DNA of 64,000 bases from an uncultured Gemmatimonadales bacterium (GCA_963771275.1 CAVYSW010000006.1:160001-224000); one strand, 5' to 3'. Counted from the first letter of the stretch, positions 8,094-18,031 are shown. The notes: generated by a model not told the origin, from the sequence alone. Numbers and translations: made by a program.

Positions 8094-10819
8094 GCGATCT
8101 CCGCCACCACCGCGGCATCGGGGCTCTCGCGATCCCCGCGCAGATACACCCATCCGCCGCCCGCAAGCGCCAGCTGGCCCACCCGGCGCTCCCGCCCGGG
8201 CGCCATCTCGTTCACGCTGAGCGTGAACCGCACGCGGTCGCCCGGGGCGAGCGGGGTCCCGGTATCGCAGCACACCAGCAGCTCGTAGCCTCCCGCCGTC
8301 CGCCGGCAGCGACCGGACACGCGCCGCGCGTCGCCGGCGGTGCCCGCCACGGCGCGCACGCGCAGCGCCCCGCTCGCCAGATCGGGCAGCACCACGTACC
8401 CCTCCCACTGCTCGCGCCCGACGTAGCACTGCACGCCGTCAGAGTGGATGTCCGGCGCCTCGTTGTCCAGAGCGGGGTCCGGCGCGTCCGGCGCGCGCAC
8501 CACGATCTCGTGCTTCGTCACCGCGACCCGGAACCAGAGGGCGCGCCCCCGTGCCGTGACGTCGACGTCGGCCGTGAGCCCCCCTGAATCCCCCCACGCG
8601 CGCTCCGACCGGCGGTAGTGCCCGGGGCCGAGGCTGAAGCGGACACAGTCCGCGGGCCACGCCTCGAGCGACGGCTCCGCCGCGGCACGCGCGAGGCGCA
8701 CGTCCGCCGGCCTGAGCGGCGCCGGAGGATGGGGCGCGGGTCGCTCGACCGATTCCCGCACCGCCAGCTCGATCGCGCCGGACGGGAGCGCGATTACGAG
8801 CCCGTCGTCCGCTTCCTGGAATCGGGTCTCGCCCCACGACTCGCCCGTTACCACGATGCCGCCCGCCCGCTCGATCACCGCGCGCGGTGCCAAGTCGCGG
8901 CTGTAGAGCTGCACCCACCGTCCCGAGCCGGGGGCGCGGCGGATCAGGAACGTGCGCGGATCGCCGTCCGCGAAGTCGGCGCCCGGTGGGCCCGGCGCCG
9001 TCGCGGTGAGCACCATCTCCCCGGCGCGTGGCGCCAGCAGCACCCGGGCACCCGCGGCATCGTGCGGGACGATCGGCTCATACGGTGCGGCGACCTGCGC
9101 GATGCCGGCGAGAAACCCGTAGCCCGTCTCGTGGCCTGCCGCGGCAGGCGGCCGCACGGGCGCCGCCCACGGGCGCGATGCCGGCGCGATCCGTCCCAGC
9201 GGGTGGATCGGCAGGTCCACCGGCACGTCGGCCGGGGCGTTGACCGTCACGACGTCGAGCACGTAGTCGGGTCCGACCACCACGCTGCGACTCACCCGGG
9301 TGCCCTCCCCCACCAGGCCGTCGGCGTGCGCGCGGCACCAGTGCCACCCGTCCCGCTCGTCGAACGCGTCGCACCAGACCAGGGCGGGCCGCTGGCCGAC
9401 ACCCGTCTCACCCGGAGCGTTGTGCGCCAGGGTGGAGCGATACCAGTGCAACGAGCGCTGCACGTAGGAGCCCGTGCCGAAGTCCGCGAGCAGCGGCGCG
9501 TCCCAGAACACCGAGAGGTGCAGGCGGTCGGGGTGCGCGTGCCCACCGACACGGCGCCCGCACTCGACCGACACCACCCGCCGCGCCGCGGGACGCAGCA
9601 CGGCGATGCCCTGCGCCTCGAGCAGCCGGCTGGCGGCCGGCGACGGCGCGATCCGCGGGTCCTCGGGCCGCATCCACAACAGCGCCTTCCACCCCAGGCG
9701 ATCGCGCCGCTGCCGGGCCGCGGGGCGGTTCTGCTCCTGCTCCGCCAGCTCCGTCAGCCCCACGTCCTCGCCCTCGGGCAGGCCGTCCGCGTAGAGCCGG
9801 CCGAGCACGGCGTCGAGCCGCGCATCGTCGGTGCGCGCCCGCCCCAGCTCCCACAGCTCGGCGAACCGCGCCTGGCGCACCGACACCCCGTAGAGCGCGT
9901 CGCCCCGCGCCGGGATCGTGAGATCGGGCAGCAGCGTGGCGAGCGGCGCCCCGAACATCTGCCCCAGGCGCGTTCCGGCGTAGGCGTCGTACCCCTGCCA
10001 GCGCAACAGCTCCGCGGCGAGCGCGAATCCCCGCAGGGCGAAGAAGTGGTAGTTCTCCCCCTCGAACCACATGCCGTCCGCATCGACGCCGCCCAGCTGG
10101 GTGGCGAGACCCGAGGGCCCCAGCCGTCCACGGGCGCCGAGCCGCTGCTCCCCGAGCCAGCCACCCGCCGCGACCAGCGCCGCGTTGTTCCACACCTGGC
10201 GATTCGACCACCCCTCGTCGAAGGTGGCGATCAGGCCGGCGGATTCCCGCGCCATCTCCCGCACGGCGTCCCATTCCCGCGCCGACAGCCGCCCCGGCGC
10301 GCTGCTCTCGAGCAGCGCCGCCGCGCACGTCACCTGCACCAGCCAGATGGACTCGAGATAGGTGGAAAAGAACAGGCGGGTGGGACCCAGCACGTTGTCG
10401 GCGTTGGGGTAGCTGCGATACCGGTCGGCGTAGCCCGTCAGGATCCGCGCCGCGCCGGCGGAGAGGTCGTCCCGCCCGAGCAGCGCCCCGAGCAGGGCGC
10501 CGTGCACGGCGCGCTCGCTGAGCCAGATCTGGTAGCGCGTGATCCACGCCCGGTGGTGGCGCTCGCCGGTGTAGGTCACGCCGCACCGCGCGCAGCGGTG
10601 CGCGTGCGGCGCGTAGGGGTGGAACTCGAGTCGCGCGCCGTCGGCGGGGCACACCCCCCCGTCGCGCGAGAGCAGCGCCTTGGCCTCGGGGAAATACACC
10701 GGCTCATCGCGCAGCCTCTCGAGGCGGCGCGCGAGCCGCGCCGCGAGCCGCGCCAGCACGGGATGCCGTTCCAGCGCGCCGCGGCGCGCGGCAAGCTCAG
10801 CCGCGATCGTCTGGAGCAT
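8090..10819 (-). CDS. Heparinase II/III-like polysaccharide lyase (helical lyase domain + Hepar_II_III domain) with C-terminal CBM9/DOMON-like domain
   Basis: SNRQVWNNAA, DGMWFEGENYHFF, GGHAHPDRLH, DFGTGSY and WYRSTLAHN motifs. C-terminal DIHSDGVQCY...GYE..VNE resembles CBM9-like domains. No signal peptide seen. Confidence 0.75.
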   Translation of the reverse strand: MLQTIAAELAARRGALERHPVLARLAARLARRLERLRDEPVYFPEAKALLSRDGGVCPADGARLEFHPYAPHAHRCARCGVTYTGERHHRAWITRYQIWLSERAVHGALLGALLGRDDLSAGAARILTGYADRYRSYPNADNVLGPTRLFFSTYLESIWLVQVTCAAALLESSAPGRLSAREWDAVREMARESAGLIATFDEGWSNRQVWNNAALVAAGGWLGEQRLGARGRLGPSGLATQLGGVDADGMWFEGENYHFFALRGFALAAELLRWQGYDAYAGTRLGQMFGAPLATLLPDLTIPARGDALYGVSVRQARFAELWELGRARTDDARLDAVLGRLYADGLPEGEDVGLTELAEQEQNRPAARQRRDRLGWKALLWMRPEDPRIAPSPAASRLLEAQGIAVLRPAARRVVSVECGRRVGGHAHPDRLHLSVFWDAPLLADFGTGSYVQRSLHWYRSTLAHNAPGETGVGQRPALVWCDAFDERDGWHWCRAHADGLVGEGTRVSRSVVVGPDYVLDVVTVNAPADVPVDLPIHPLGRIAPASRPWAAPVRPPAAAGHETGYGFLAGIAQVAAPYEPIVPHDAAGARVLLAPRAGEMVLTATAPGPPGADFADGDPRTFLIRRAPGSGRWVQLYSRDLAPRAVIERAGGIVVTGESWGETRFQEADDGLVIALPSGAIELAVRESVERPAPHPPAPLRPADVRLARAAAEPSLEAWPADCVRFSLGPGHYRRSERAWGDSGGLTADVDVTARGRALWFRVAVTKHEIVVRAPDAPDPALDNEAPDIHSDGVQCYVGREQWEGYVVLPDLASGALRVRAVAGTAGDARRVSGRCRRTAGGYELLVCCDTGTPLAPGDRVRFTLSVNEMAPGRERRVGQLALAGGGWVYLRGDRESPDAAVVAEIA

Positions 10820-11840
10820 GGTCGTGCGAGACCTGAACGCCGCCGAAATCGAACGCCGCGGACAGCACGCGCGCCCCCGCCCGCCGCACGGCCCGCTCGA
10901 CGACGGTGCGTTCCCCCGGGGGCGCCACGATCAGGAGGCAGCCACCGGCGCCGGCGCCGGTCGCCTTGAGTCCCCATGCGCCGGCGGCGCGGGCCGCCGT
11001 TTCCACGCGCCGCACCGCCGGGGTCGCGATGGTGGCGTCGAGCCGCTGCTGGTGCCGCCAGTTTTCGTCCACGACCTCCGCCAACGCACGCCAATCGCCG
11101 GCCGCGAGCGCCCGCGCCGCCACCGGGCCCAGATCGCGCATCGCGCGGAGCGCGGCGACCACCTCGGGCCGGCCGGCGCGATACGCGCCCCACACGCGAC
11201 CGTGCGTTTGCGACGAGAAGTGCGACTCACCGGTGAATGCGATCACCACCATCGCCTCCAGCTCCGCCACGTGATCCAGGCCGGGCCGGATGGGGTGGAC
11301 GGCCACCCCGTCCCCGGAGAACACGAGCTCCTGCCAGCCGCCGAGCGCGCCAGCGTACTGGTCCTGGCGCCCGCCCGCGAGCCTGAGCTCGCCCGCCTCG
11401 AGCTGGAAGCCGAGCTCCGCCAGCTCTTCGCGGGTGTGGCGCTCCCCGCGCAGCGCGGCGAGCGCCGCCACGAGCGCCACGTCGAGCGCGCCGGACGCTC
11501 CCAGCCCCGATCCCGGCGGGACGTCCGCACGCGTGAGCAGCTCGATCCCGCCAGTCACCGGCAGCATGTTGAGCGCCGCCTTGTGCAGGTCGAGCCGCCC
11601 GTCGTACGTGAGCTCGGCCGCGTGGCGCACGACCAGCCGCTGCGCGAGATCCTCGGCATGGAGCCTGATGGTGCCGCCGCCCGCGATGCACTCGACGCGG
11701 GCGTAGAGCGTGATCGCGGCATTCACGACGACGCCGCCCTCCGTGGCGGCGAACAGGGGTACATCGGACCACCCGCCGGCGAAGTCGATCCGCACCGGGG
11801 CGTGGGCCCGGACGCGCTGTGAACCCGCGTGCCGCATCAT
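10797..11840 (-). CDS. GHMP family sugar kinase (HddA / fucokinase / glucuronokinase-like)
   Basis: APVRIDFAGGWSD, PPGSGLGASG, GRQDQY and KATGAGAGG motifs. C-terminal part of ORF 10797..12452, with ATG overlapping the upstream stop. Confidence 0.88.
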   Translation of the reverse strand: MMRHAGSQRVRAHAPVRIDFAGGWSDVPLFAATEGGVVVNAAITLYARVECIAGGGTIRLHAEDLAQRLVVRHAAELTYDGRLDLHKAALNMLPVTGGIELLTRADVPPGSGLGASGALDVALVAALAALRGERHTREELAELGFQLEAGELRLAGGRQDQYAGALGGWQELVFSGDGVAVHPIRPGLDHVAELEAMVVIAFTGESHFSSQTHGRVWGAYRAGRPEVVAALRAMRDLGPVAARALAAGDWRALAEVVDENWRHQQRLDATIATPAVRRVETAARAAGAWGLKATGAGAGGCLLIVAPPGERTVVERAVRRAGARVLSAAFDFGGVQVSHDHAPDDRG

Positions 11841-13450
11841 GGGGGATCCTGCGCGGCGGCGGGCCGGCCGGCCACCCGCCAGCTCGCGACGGACACCAGC
11901 TCGCCGCGTAGATCCATGCCCACATCCTGGAGCCGGCGACTGAGGCCCTGGACCCCACGGGCGTGATAGATCCAGGCGGTGGGCTCGCCGCGCGCGAGCG
12001 CGCGCTGCACGTCGTGCCACGCATCGACCAGCGCCGTCACGTCCTGGGCCCGCTTCACCCGTTCGAACGCCGCGGCCAGCTCCGCGCTGTGATACCCGGG
12101 ATACGCCAGCGGGCCGTCCCCGTCGTACATCGCCGCGACGTGGCCGAGCGCGAGGTCGCCCGGGACGCCCGTCACGAGGGCATCGAAGTCGCGTGCCGGT
12201 CCCTGGGCCGTCGCGAGAAACGTCGCGAGCTCGCGCTGGCGGATTCGCGCCTCGACGCCGATCCCCCGCCACTCGGCCTGGAGCATCTGCTCCAGCGCCA
12301 TGTCCCCGCTCCCCACGCTCAGGAGGTCGAACGCCAGGCGCGTGCCGGAGCGCACCCGCACGCCATCCGGTCCCGGCATCCAGCCGGCCGCCTCGAGCAG
12401 CCGGATCGCCGCGGCGGTGTCGTGCGGCACCGGCGGCACGGGCTCGTACCACGGGTGCTCCGCACTCACGGGGCCTGCCGCCGCCGTGCCGAACCCGTAG
12501 AGGTACGCGTCGACGATCACCCGCCGATCGATCGCGAGCGACAACGCGCGCCGCACCGCCAGCTCGTCGAACGGCGCCCGGCGGAGGTTGAACACCACGC
12601 CGTAGGCAAGCAGCAACGGATAGTCGAGCACGCGGAGCTGCGGGTCACGCCGGACGAACGCGGCGTGCGGCGGGCTGATCCCCGCGACGTCGAGCTCGCC
12701 CGACGTGAGCGCGGCGAGCTTGGTGATCGGCTCGTTCACGATCGCCACCACGAGCCGGTCGATGGCGGCCCGGCCGAGGTCCGTCGGGAAGTCCGCGCGA
12801 CGCCGGAACACCCACCGCTGGTTGGGCCGATGCTCCACAAACGCGAACGGACCGTTCCCGACCGGCGCGGCATTGAACGGCGCCGCGCGAATCGCGGCAG
12901 CTTCGACACCCCGGAAGCGGTGGGCGGGCAGGATCGCGAGATCGGTGAGCACGTCCGGGAACACCGGCTGGGCGGCCGCGAACCCCAGGGTCACTGTAAA
13001 GGAGTCGACGCGCACCACCCGCTCCAGTGCCGCCAGCTCGGCGGCGCGGGGGTAGGCGACCGCCGGATCGCGCGCCCGCTCGATGGTCCACACGACGTCG
13101 TCCGCCGTGGTCGGCACGCCGTCGTGCCACGGCACGTCGTGCCGCAGGTGCAGCGTGAGCAGCCGACGGCCGTCACTCCAGTCCCAGGCCGCCAGCCGCG
13201 GCCGCGGCACGAGCGTCGAGTCGTATGCGGCGATCGTGAGGAACAACACGTGCTTCTGCACCTGCTTGGCGAACGGGTGCACGGCAATCAGCGGGTTGAT
13301 CGACTGGAGCTCCGCACCGGAGGCCACGAGGACGGTAGCCCTGCCCCCCTGCCCCTCTGCCCCGCAGGCGCAGAGGAGCAGGGGGGGCAGGAGATGGAGC
13401 AGACACTGCCTCCTTGACGGGCGTCCGGGCCTCGGGGCAGCCTTCACCAT
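11837..13450 (-). CDS. Peptide/nickel-type ABC transporter substrate-binding lipoprotein (family 5); start uncertain
   Basis: Lipobox LLLCAC, WHDGVPTTADDVVWT, PVGNGPF and VRRALSLAIDR motifs. Confidence 0.87.
   Translation of the reverse strand: MVKAAPRPGRPSRRQCLLHLLPPLLLCACGAEGQGGRATVLVASGAELQSINPLIAVHPFAKQVQKHVLFLTIAAYDSTLVPRPRLAAWDWSDGRRLLTLHLRHDVPWHDGVPTTADDVVWTIERARDPAVAYPRAAELAALERVVRVDSFTVTLGFAAAQPVFPDVLTDLAILPAHRFRGVEAAAIRAAPFNAAPVGNGPFAFVEHRPNQRWVFRRRADFPTDLGRAAIDRLVVAIVNEPITKLAALTSGELDVAGISPPHAAFVRRDPQLRVLDYPLLLAYGVVFNLRRAPFDELAVRRALSLAIDRRVIVDAYLYGFGTAAAGPVSAEHPWYEPVPPVPHDTAAAIRLLEAAGWMPGPDGVRVRSGTRLAFDLLSVGSGDMALEQMLQAEWRGIGVEARIRQRELATFLATAQGPARDFDALVTGVPGDLALGHVAAMYDGDGPLAYPGYHSAELAAAFERVKRAQDVTALVDAWHDVQRALARGEPTAWIYHARGVQGLSRRLQDVGMDLRGELVSVASWRVAGRPAAAQDPP
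13339..13404. repeat. Inverted array of ~8-nt units (CTGCCCCT-like / AGGGGCAG-like) inside the SBP signal-peptide coding region
   Basis: ccctgcccccctgcccctctgcccc...gcagaggagcagggggggcaggag; same unit type as the intergenic arrays at 52646 and 62529. Confidence 0.5.
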
Positions 13451-14444
13451 GCTTCGTCGCGTGTCGCTGCGCCTCCTCGCCGGTCTCGGTCTGGTGCTCG
13501 TCGTCGTCACCGTCACCTTCGTGCTGCTCAATCTCGCCCCCGGCGACCCGGCGCGCCTGTGGGTCGGGCCGGGAGCGGATGCCGCGGCGCTCGACGCGGC
13601 GCGGCACGCGCTCGGGCTCGATCGACCGCTGCTCGTGCGCTACGTGTCCTGGCTCGCGGCGTTCGCGCGGGGTGAATGGGGCACGAGCTTCGCCCAGCAG
13701 CGCCCCGTCGCCCGCGTGCTGGCGGACGCCGTTCCCTACACCCTGCTCCTCTCGACCGCGTCCCTGCTGGTCACCTACGTCGGGGGGATAATCGTCGGAT
13801 TGTTGCAGGCGGTAAAGCGGGCGCGCGCCGTGGACACCGCGCTCACGGTCGCCACACAGGTCGTCTACGGCATGCCCGCCTACTGGTTGGCGCTCATGCT
13901 CGTGCTGGTCTTCACCTACGGCGCGGCCCGGTACGGCTGGCCGGCCTGGCTGCAGTTGCCGGCGTTCGGGGTAGCCGGGCTGGACGCCGACTTCCTCTCC
14001 CCCGCGGCCCGCCTGCTTGACCGGCTGCGCCACCTCGCGCTGCCGCTGATCACGCTGGGGTTGATCGGCGTCGCCGGCACCGCACGCTACGTGCGGGGCG
14101 CCGTGCTCGACGTCTTGGGACTCGAGTACGTTCGCGCCGCGCGGGCCAAAGGGCTCGCTGGCACGCGGGTGCTGGGCCGCCACGTCCTGCGCAACGCCCT
14201 GATCCCGGTGATCACCCTGCTCGGCCTCTCGCTGCCGGCGCTATTCTCGGGCACCGTGTTCGTCGAGGTGATCTTTGCCTGGCCCGGCATGGGACGCGAG
14301 CTGGTGGCCGCCGTCGCGGCGCGGGACTATCCCGTGGTCATGGCGGCGACCGCGATCTTCGGGGCACTGGTGATCGTCGGCAACCTGCTCGCCGACCTGC
14401 TGTACGCCGTCGCCGATCCGCGGCTCCGGAGTCGCAGGGCATGA
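13449..14444 (+). CDS. Peptide ABC transporter permease (DppB/OppB-like)
   Basis: LAPGDPA, LGLDRPL, EAA loop YVRAARAKGL, HVLRNALIP, VEVIFAWPGMG and RDYPVV motifs. Confidence 0.92.
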   Translation: MLRRVSLRLLAGLGLVLVVVTVTFVLLNLAPGDPARLWVGPGADAAALDAARHALGLDRPLLVRYVSWLAAFARGEWGTSFAQQRPVARVLADAVPYTLLLSTASLLVTYVGGIIVGLLQAVKRARAVDTALTVATQVVYGMPAYWLALMLVLVFTYGAARYGWPAWLQLPAFGVAGLDADFLSPAARLLDRLRHLALPLITLGLIGVAGTARYVRGAVLDVLGLEYVRAARAKGLAGTRVLGRHVLRNALIPVITLLGLSLPALFSGTVFVEVIFAWPGMGRELVAAVAARDYPVVMAATAIFGALVIVGNLLADLLYAVADPRLRSRRA

Positions 14445-15301
14445 CGCTGCGCCGCGCGCTGCGCGATCGGCGGCTCGCCGTTGGCGGCGCGGTCCTCCTG
14501 CTGCTCGGACTGGTGGCACTGGCCGCCCCGTGGCTCGCCCCGCACGACCCGCTCGCGCAACCCGACATCCTGCGGACGCGCTACCTTGGCCCGCTCACGC
14601 ATGGACCGGACGGCGTGATCCGCTGGCTCGGCACCGATCAGCTGGGGCGCGACCTGCTGAGCCGGCTGGTGTTCGGCGCGCGGGTCTCGCTCTCGGTGGG
14701 CGCCCTGGCCGCGCTGCTCGCGGCCGCACTGGGCATCGCCGTGGGTGGCACGGCCGCGGTCGCGCGGGGTCCCGTCGAGCGCGCGCTCATGACGTTGACG
14801 GACGCGGCGCTCGCGCTGCCGCGCATCGTGCTGCTGCTGGCCCTCGTCGCCTTGCTGGAACCGAGTCTCCCACTCGTGGTGCTCGTGCTGGGGGTGACGG
14901 GCTGGATGCCGGTCGCGCGGCTCGCGCGGGCGGAGATGCTGGCGGTGCTCGGCCGCCCCTATGCCGAGGCCGCGCGCGCCGCCGGCGCCGGCGGATGGCG
15001 CCTGTTTTGGCACCATCTGCTGCCCAACGCGGCCACCCCACTCATCGTCGCGACGGCGCTGGGCGTCGGCAACGCGATCACGCTGGAAGCGGGGCTGTCG
15101 TTCCTCGGCCTGGGCGTGCCGTCGCCCACGCCGTCCTGGGGCAACATGATCGCGAGCGGGCGGGACGCCCTGGTGCAGGCGCCGTGGATCGCCATACTGC
15201 CGGGCCTGGCCATCGCGGCGGCGGTGGTGGGATGTAATCTGGTCGGTGATGCCCTGCGGGATCTGCTGGACCCCACGGTGGGCGACACGTATGGCGTGTA
15301 G
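14441..15301 (+). CDS. Peptide ABC transporter permease (DppC/OppC-like)
   Basis: LGTDQLGRDLLSRL, YAEAARAAGA, HLLPN and EAGLSFLGLG..PSWGNMI motifs. ATGA overlap with the preceding permease. Confidence 0.92.
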   Translation: MTLRRALRDRRLAVGGAVLLLLGLVALAAPWLAPHDPLAQPDILRTRYLGPLTHGPDGVIRWLGTDQLGRDLLSRLVFGARVSLSVGALAALLAAALGIAVGGTAAVARGPVERALMTLTDAALALPRIVLLLALVALLEPSLPLVVLVLGVTGWMPVARLARAEMLAVLGRPYAEAARAAGAGGWRLFWHHLLPNAATPLIVATALGVGNAITLEAGLSFLGLGVPSPTPSWGNMIASGRDALVQAPWIAILPGLAIAAAVVGCNLVGDALRDLLDPTVGDTYGV

Positions 15302-15371
15302 CGTGCAGCGTGCAGCGTATGGCGCGTGGATCGGGGAAACACGCTGCACCCTGAACGCTGCACGCTGCACG
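15288..15371. repeat. Inverted heptamer array (CGTGCAG)n / (CTGCACG)n hairpin
   Basis: cgtatgg-cgtgtag-cgtgcag-cgtgcag-cgtatgg ... cacgctgcaccctgaacgctgcacgctgcacg, between convergent genes. Confidence 0.8.
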
Positions 15372-15373
15372 TT

Positions 15374-18031
15374 CTAGGGTTCCACCACCATTGTCACGAT
15401 CCCCCTGGCTTCCGCCCGGAACGCCACCACGCGCCGCCCGGCGTCGAGCCGCACCTCCTCGAGCACGGTCTCATCGAGCCGGGCACGCCAGGCCCGCGCG
15501 ACCGGGTACGGCCAGTGCCACGCTCCCGGCTGCTCGACATCGGTCAGGTTCACGCAGCGGACGACGATCCCGGGGCCCTCGTCGCGCGGCTTCAGGCACT
15601 TGAACGCCAGGCCCGTCCCCACCAACTCAGGTCCGGTTACCGCCTCGGGAACGTCAACCCCCCAGCGCAGCATGCGGCCTGCGAGCGGAGCGTGAAACTC
15701 CTCGGCGGCGGCTTCGACGGCATCCCATGCGGCGGCGCCGCTCCCCTCCTCGGCGGCGACCGGAACGAGGGCCAGTTCCACCCGGAACGGACCCGGCTCC
15801 TGGGCGCCCGGGGTCGGCGCCGGCCAGGCGGCGTGCCCAGGCCGCGCGCGCAGGCTGCCGCGCGACAGCTCGCCCACCGCGCGCAGCAGGGTGACCGCGA
15901 TCGCTCCATCGGGCAGCAGCTCGTACTCGTGGACCCCGCGCGCCAGGATCGTCCAGCCGCCAGCACTCACGAAGCGGTGCATCGGTCCGGTGGGCACCGG
16001 CCACTCGCGCCCGCCGCGGCCGGGTGCGCGCGCGGCCATGCTGCGGGTCACGGGCCCGAACGGCATGTCGGCGGTGGCACACCCCGGGGCGCCGACCGGG
16101 AACATCATGCGGAGCCGGTGGTTGCGGCCGAGGTTCGTTCCCTCCACCACGCAGCGCAGCAGGGAGGAGCCTGCATCCACGCGCACGAACAGCGTGCCCT
16201 GCGCGCGGCCCGGGACGACGAAGGCACGCGCGACGGCGGCGACGAGCGGCCCCTGCCAGACGACGCGCGGCGAACTCCATTCCGCGACCACGGGCGCATC
16301 GTCACGCCCGGGCTCGAACGTGTAGGTGTCGCCCTCATCCCGCTCGCTGAATAGCTGACCGACCCCCGCGAGCGTCCGATCCCCCACGAGCACCTGGAGC
16401 CCCGAGCGCTCGAACCGCACCGTTCCCCACGGCGCGGTGAGGCCGGTGCTCCGCGCGGACACTCCACGTTCCGGCGTGCCCCGTTGCTCACCACGCCGGC
16501 CGGTGGGCCGGCTCACCTCGAGCGGCAGCAGACCGAGCGCGGCTACGTCCGGCGCGTGGAGCGCTACGCGAACGGCCCACACCCGGTCCTGATCGGGATA
16601 GGCGCGCGGCGAGTCGAGCCGCTCATAGGCCTCGTAGGCCTCGAGCACCTGGTGCGGCACGATCCGTCCGGCACGGTCCCGGAGCGAGAAGCCCGGTTTC
16701 GCCCCGGGGTATGCCGCGCCACCACGCCGTCCCGGCCGGCCGACGACCACGTCGCCGAGGAACAGCGTGACGGTCGCCTCCACGAGGCCGCCGCGCGGGC
16801 GCGGCGACGGGTTCACCAGCACCAGCGCCGGGCTCCACGAAGCGCGGCCCCGCCGCGCGCGCACCGGATCCTGGCCGAGTCGCTCCAGCAGCGCGTCGTC
16901 CACCAGGCCGCGGGCCTGCAGGGTCACCGCCCGGGCGCGTGTCCCGACCTCTTCCGCCACCTCATCGGTGACACAGCCCGCGAGGACGTCGTGCGACAGG
17001 TTGAGCAGGTGGTGGCGCCATGCCCTCTCGAGCTGCGCGCGGCGGTCCCTGCCGCCGGCCGCTGCGGCCAGCGCGCTCTGCGGCTCGGCCCAGCGCACCA
17101 GCAGGGCCGCGCCCTCCGCGATGCTCCGCTTGAGGCGCGCGCGCGTCGCGTGCACCCCCTGCAGCACCCACGTGGTGCGGGACGGGCCCCGCAGCTCACC
17201 CCGAACCACCGCGATCGTCGGCGCGGCGGGGGCCGGACCCGGCATGGCTGCCCGCACGCGATCGAAGTACGTGCCGAGGGTGCCGACCTCGATCTCGTGA
17301 CCCGGCGCCGACTGCTGCAGCGCGCGCACCGCCGCCGCGAGATCGGGCTGCAGCACGTGGTGGTCCGCGCCGTTCATCACGAGCAGCACCGGGACGACGG
17401 CGCGCGGCGCGAGCGCCCGCTCGAGCTGTCGCCAGCGGGCGCGGGACCGGGATGGATCGGTGGGAAGCTCCGCGCCGTACTCGTAGCCCGCTGGTGGGAG
17501 GCGATGGGCGAGGACGCTCGACCCGTCCGGCGCCTCCCACCGGAACAGATCGGCATCGTCCCCATCATCCCCGGAATCAGTGGCGCCGCGCCACAGCACG
17601 GCTAACGCGATGCCGAAGCCCCGGAGGATTGCCGGAAGGGTGGCGGGGTGGCCGAACGCGTCCGGGCTGTAGCCCACCGGCAGCCAGCCACCGAGCTCGG
17701 CGGCCCGCTGCCGCCCGACGAGGAGGTTGCGGACCAGCGGCTCGTCACCCGCCAGCAACTCGTCGGCGAGCACGTACCACGGGCCGATCGCCAGGCGCCC
17801 GTCGCTCACCAGGGCCGCGACGCGGCTCCGCATCGCGGGCCGCACATCGAGGTAGTCGTCGATCAGCGACACCTGCCCGTCGAGGTGGAACGCGAGGGAG
17901 GGATCGCCTTCGAGCTGGCTGGTGGCGTCGTCGAGCAGGGCCACCAGCCGCTGCGCAAAGCGACTGGACGGGAGATACCACTCCCGATCCCAGTGGGTGT
18001 GCGGGACGACGACGACGCGAAACGAGGGCAT
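15374..18031 (-). CDS. Glycoside hydrolase family 38 (alpha-mannosidase / mannosylglycerate hydrolase-like)
   Basis: HTHWDREWY, FHLDGQ, GPWYVLADE, GYSPDAFGH, MNGADH, HDVLAGC and TLLRAVG motifs. No signal peptide. Confidence 0.92.
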   Translation of the reverse strand: MPSFRVVVVPHTHWDREWYLPSSRFAQRLVALLDDATSQLEGDPSLAFHLDGQVSLIDDYLDVRPAMRSRVAALVSDGRLAIGPWYVLADELLAGDEPLVRNLLVGRQRAAELGGWLPVGYSPDAFGHPATLPAILRGFGIALAVLWRGATDSGDDGDDADLFRWEAPDGSSVLAHRLPPAGYEYGAELPTDPSRSRARWRQLERALAPRAVVPVLLVMNGADHHVLQPDLAAAVRALQQSAPGHEIEVGTLGTYFDRVRAAMPGPAPAAPTIAVVRGELRGPSRTTWVLQGVHATRARLKRSIAEGAALLVRWAEPQSALAAAAGGRDRRAQLERAWRHHLLNLSHDVLAGCVTDEVAEEVGTRARAVTLQARGLVDDALLERLGQDPVRARRGRASWSPALVLVNPSPRPRGGLVEATVTLFLGDVVVGRPGRRGGAAYPGAKPGFSLRDRAGRIVPHQVLEAYEAYERLDSPRAYPDQDRVWAVRVALHAPDVAALGLLPLEVSRPTGRRGEQRGTPERGVSARSTGLTAPWGTVRFERSGLQVLVGDRTLAGVGQLFSERDEGDTYTFEPGRDDAPVVAEWSSPRVVWQGPLVAAVARAFVVPGRAQGTLFVRVDAGSSLLRCVVEGTNLGRNHRLRMMFPVGAPGCATADMPFGPVTRSMAARAPGRGGREWPVPTGPMHRFVSAGGWTILARGVHEYELLPDGAIAVTLLRAVGELSRGSLRARPGHAAWPAPTPGAQEPGPFRVELALVPVAAEEGSGAAAWDAVEAAAEEFHAPLAGRMLRWGVDVPEAVTGPELVGTGLAFKCLKPRDEGPGIVVRCVNLTDVEQPGAWHWPYPVARAWRARLDETVLEEVRLDAGRRVVAFRAEARGIVTMVVEP

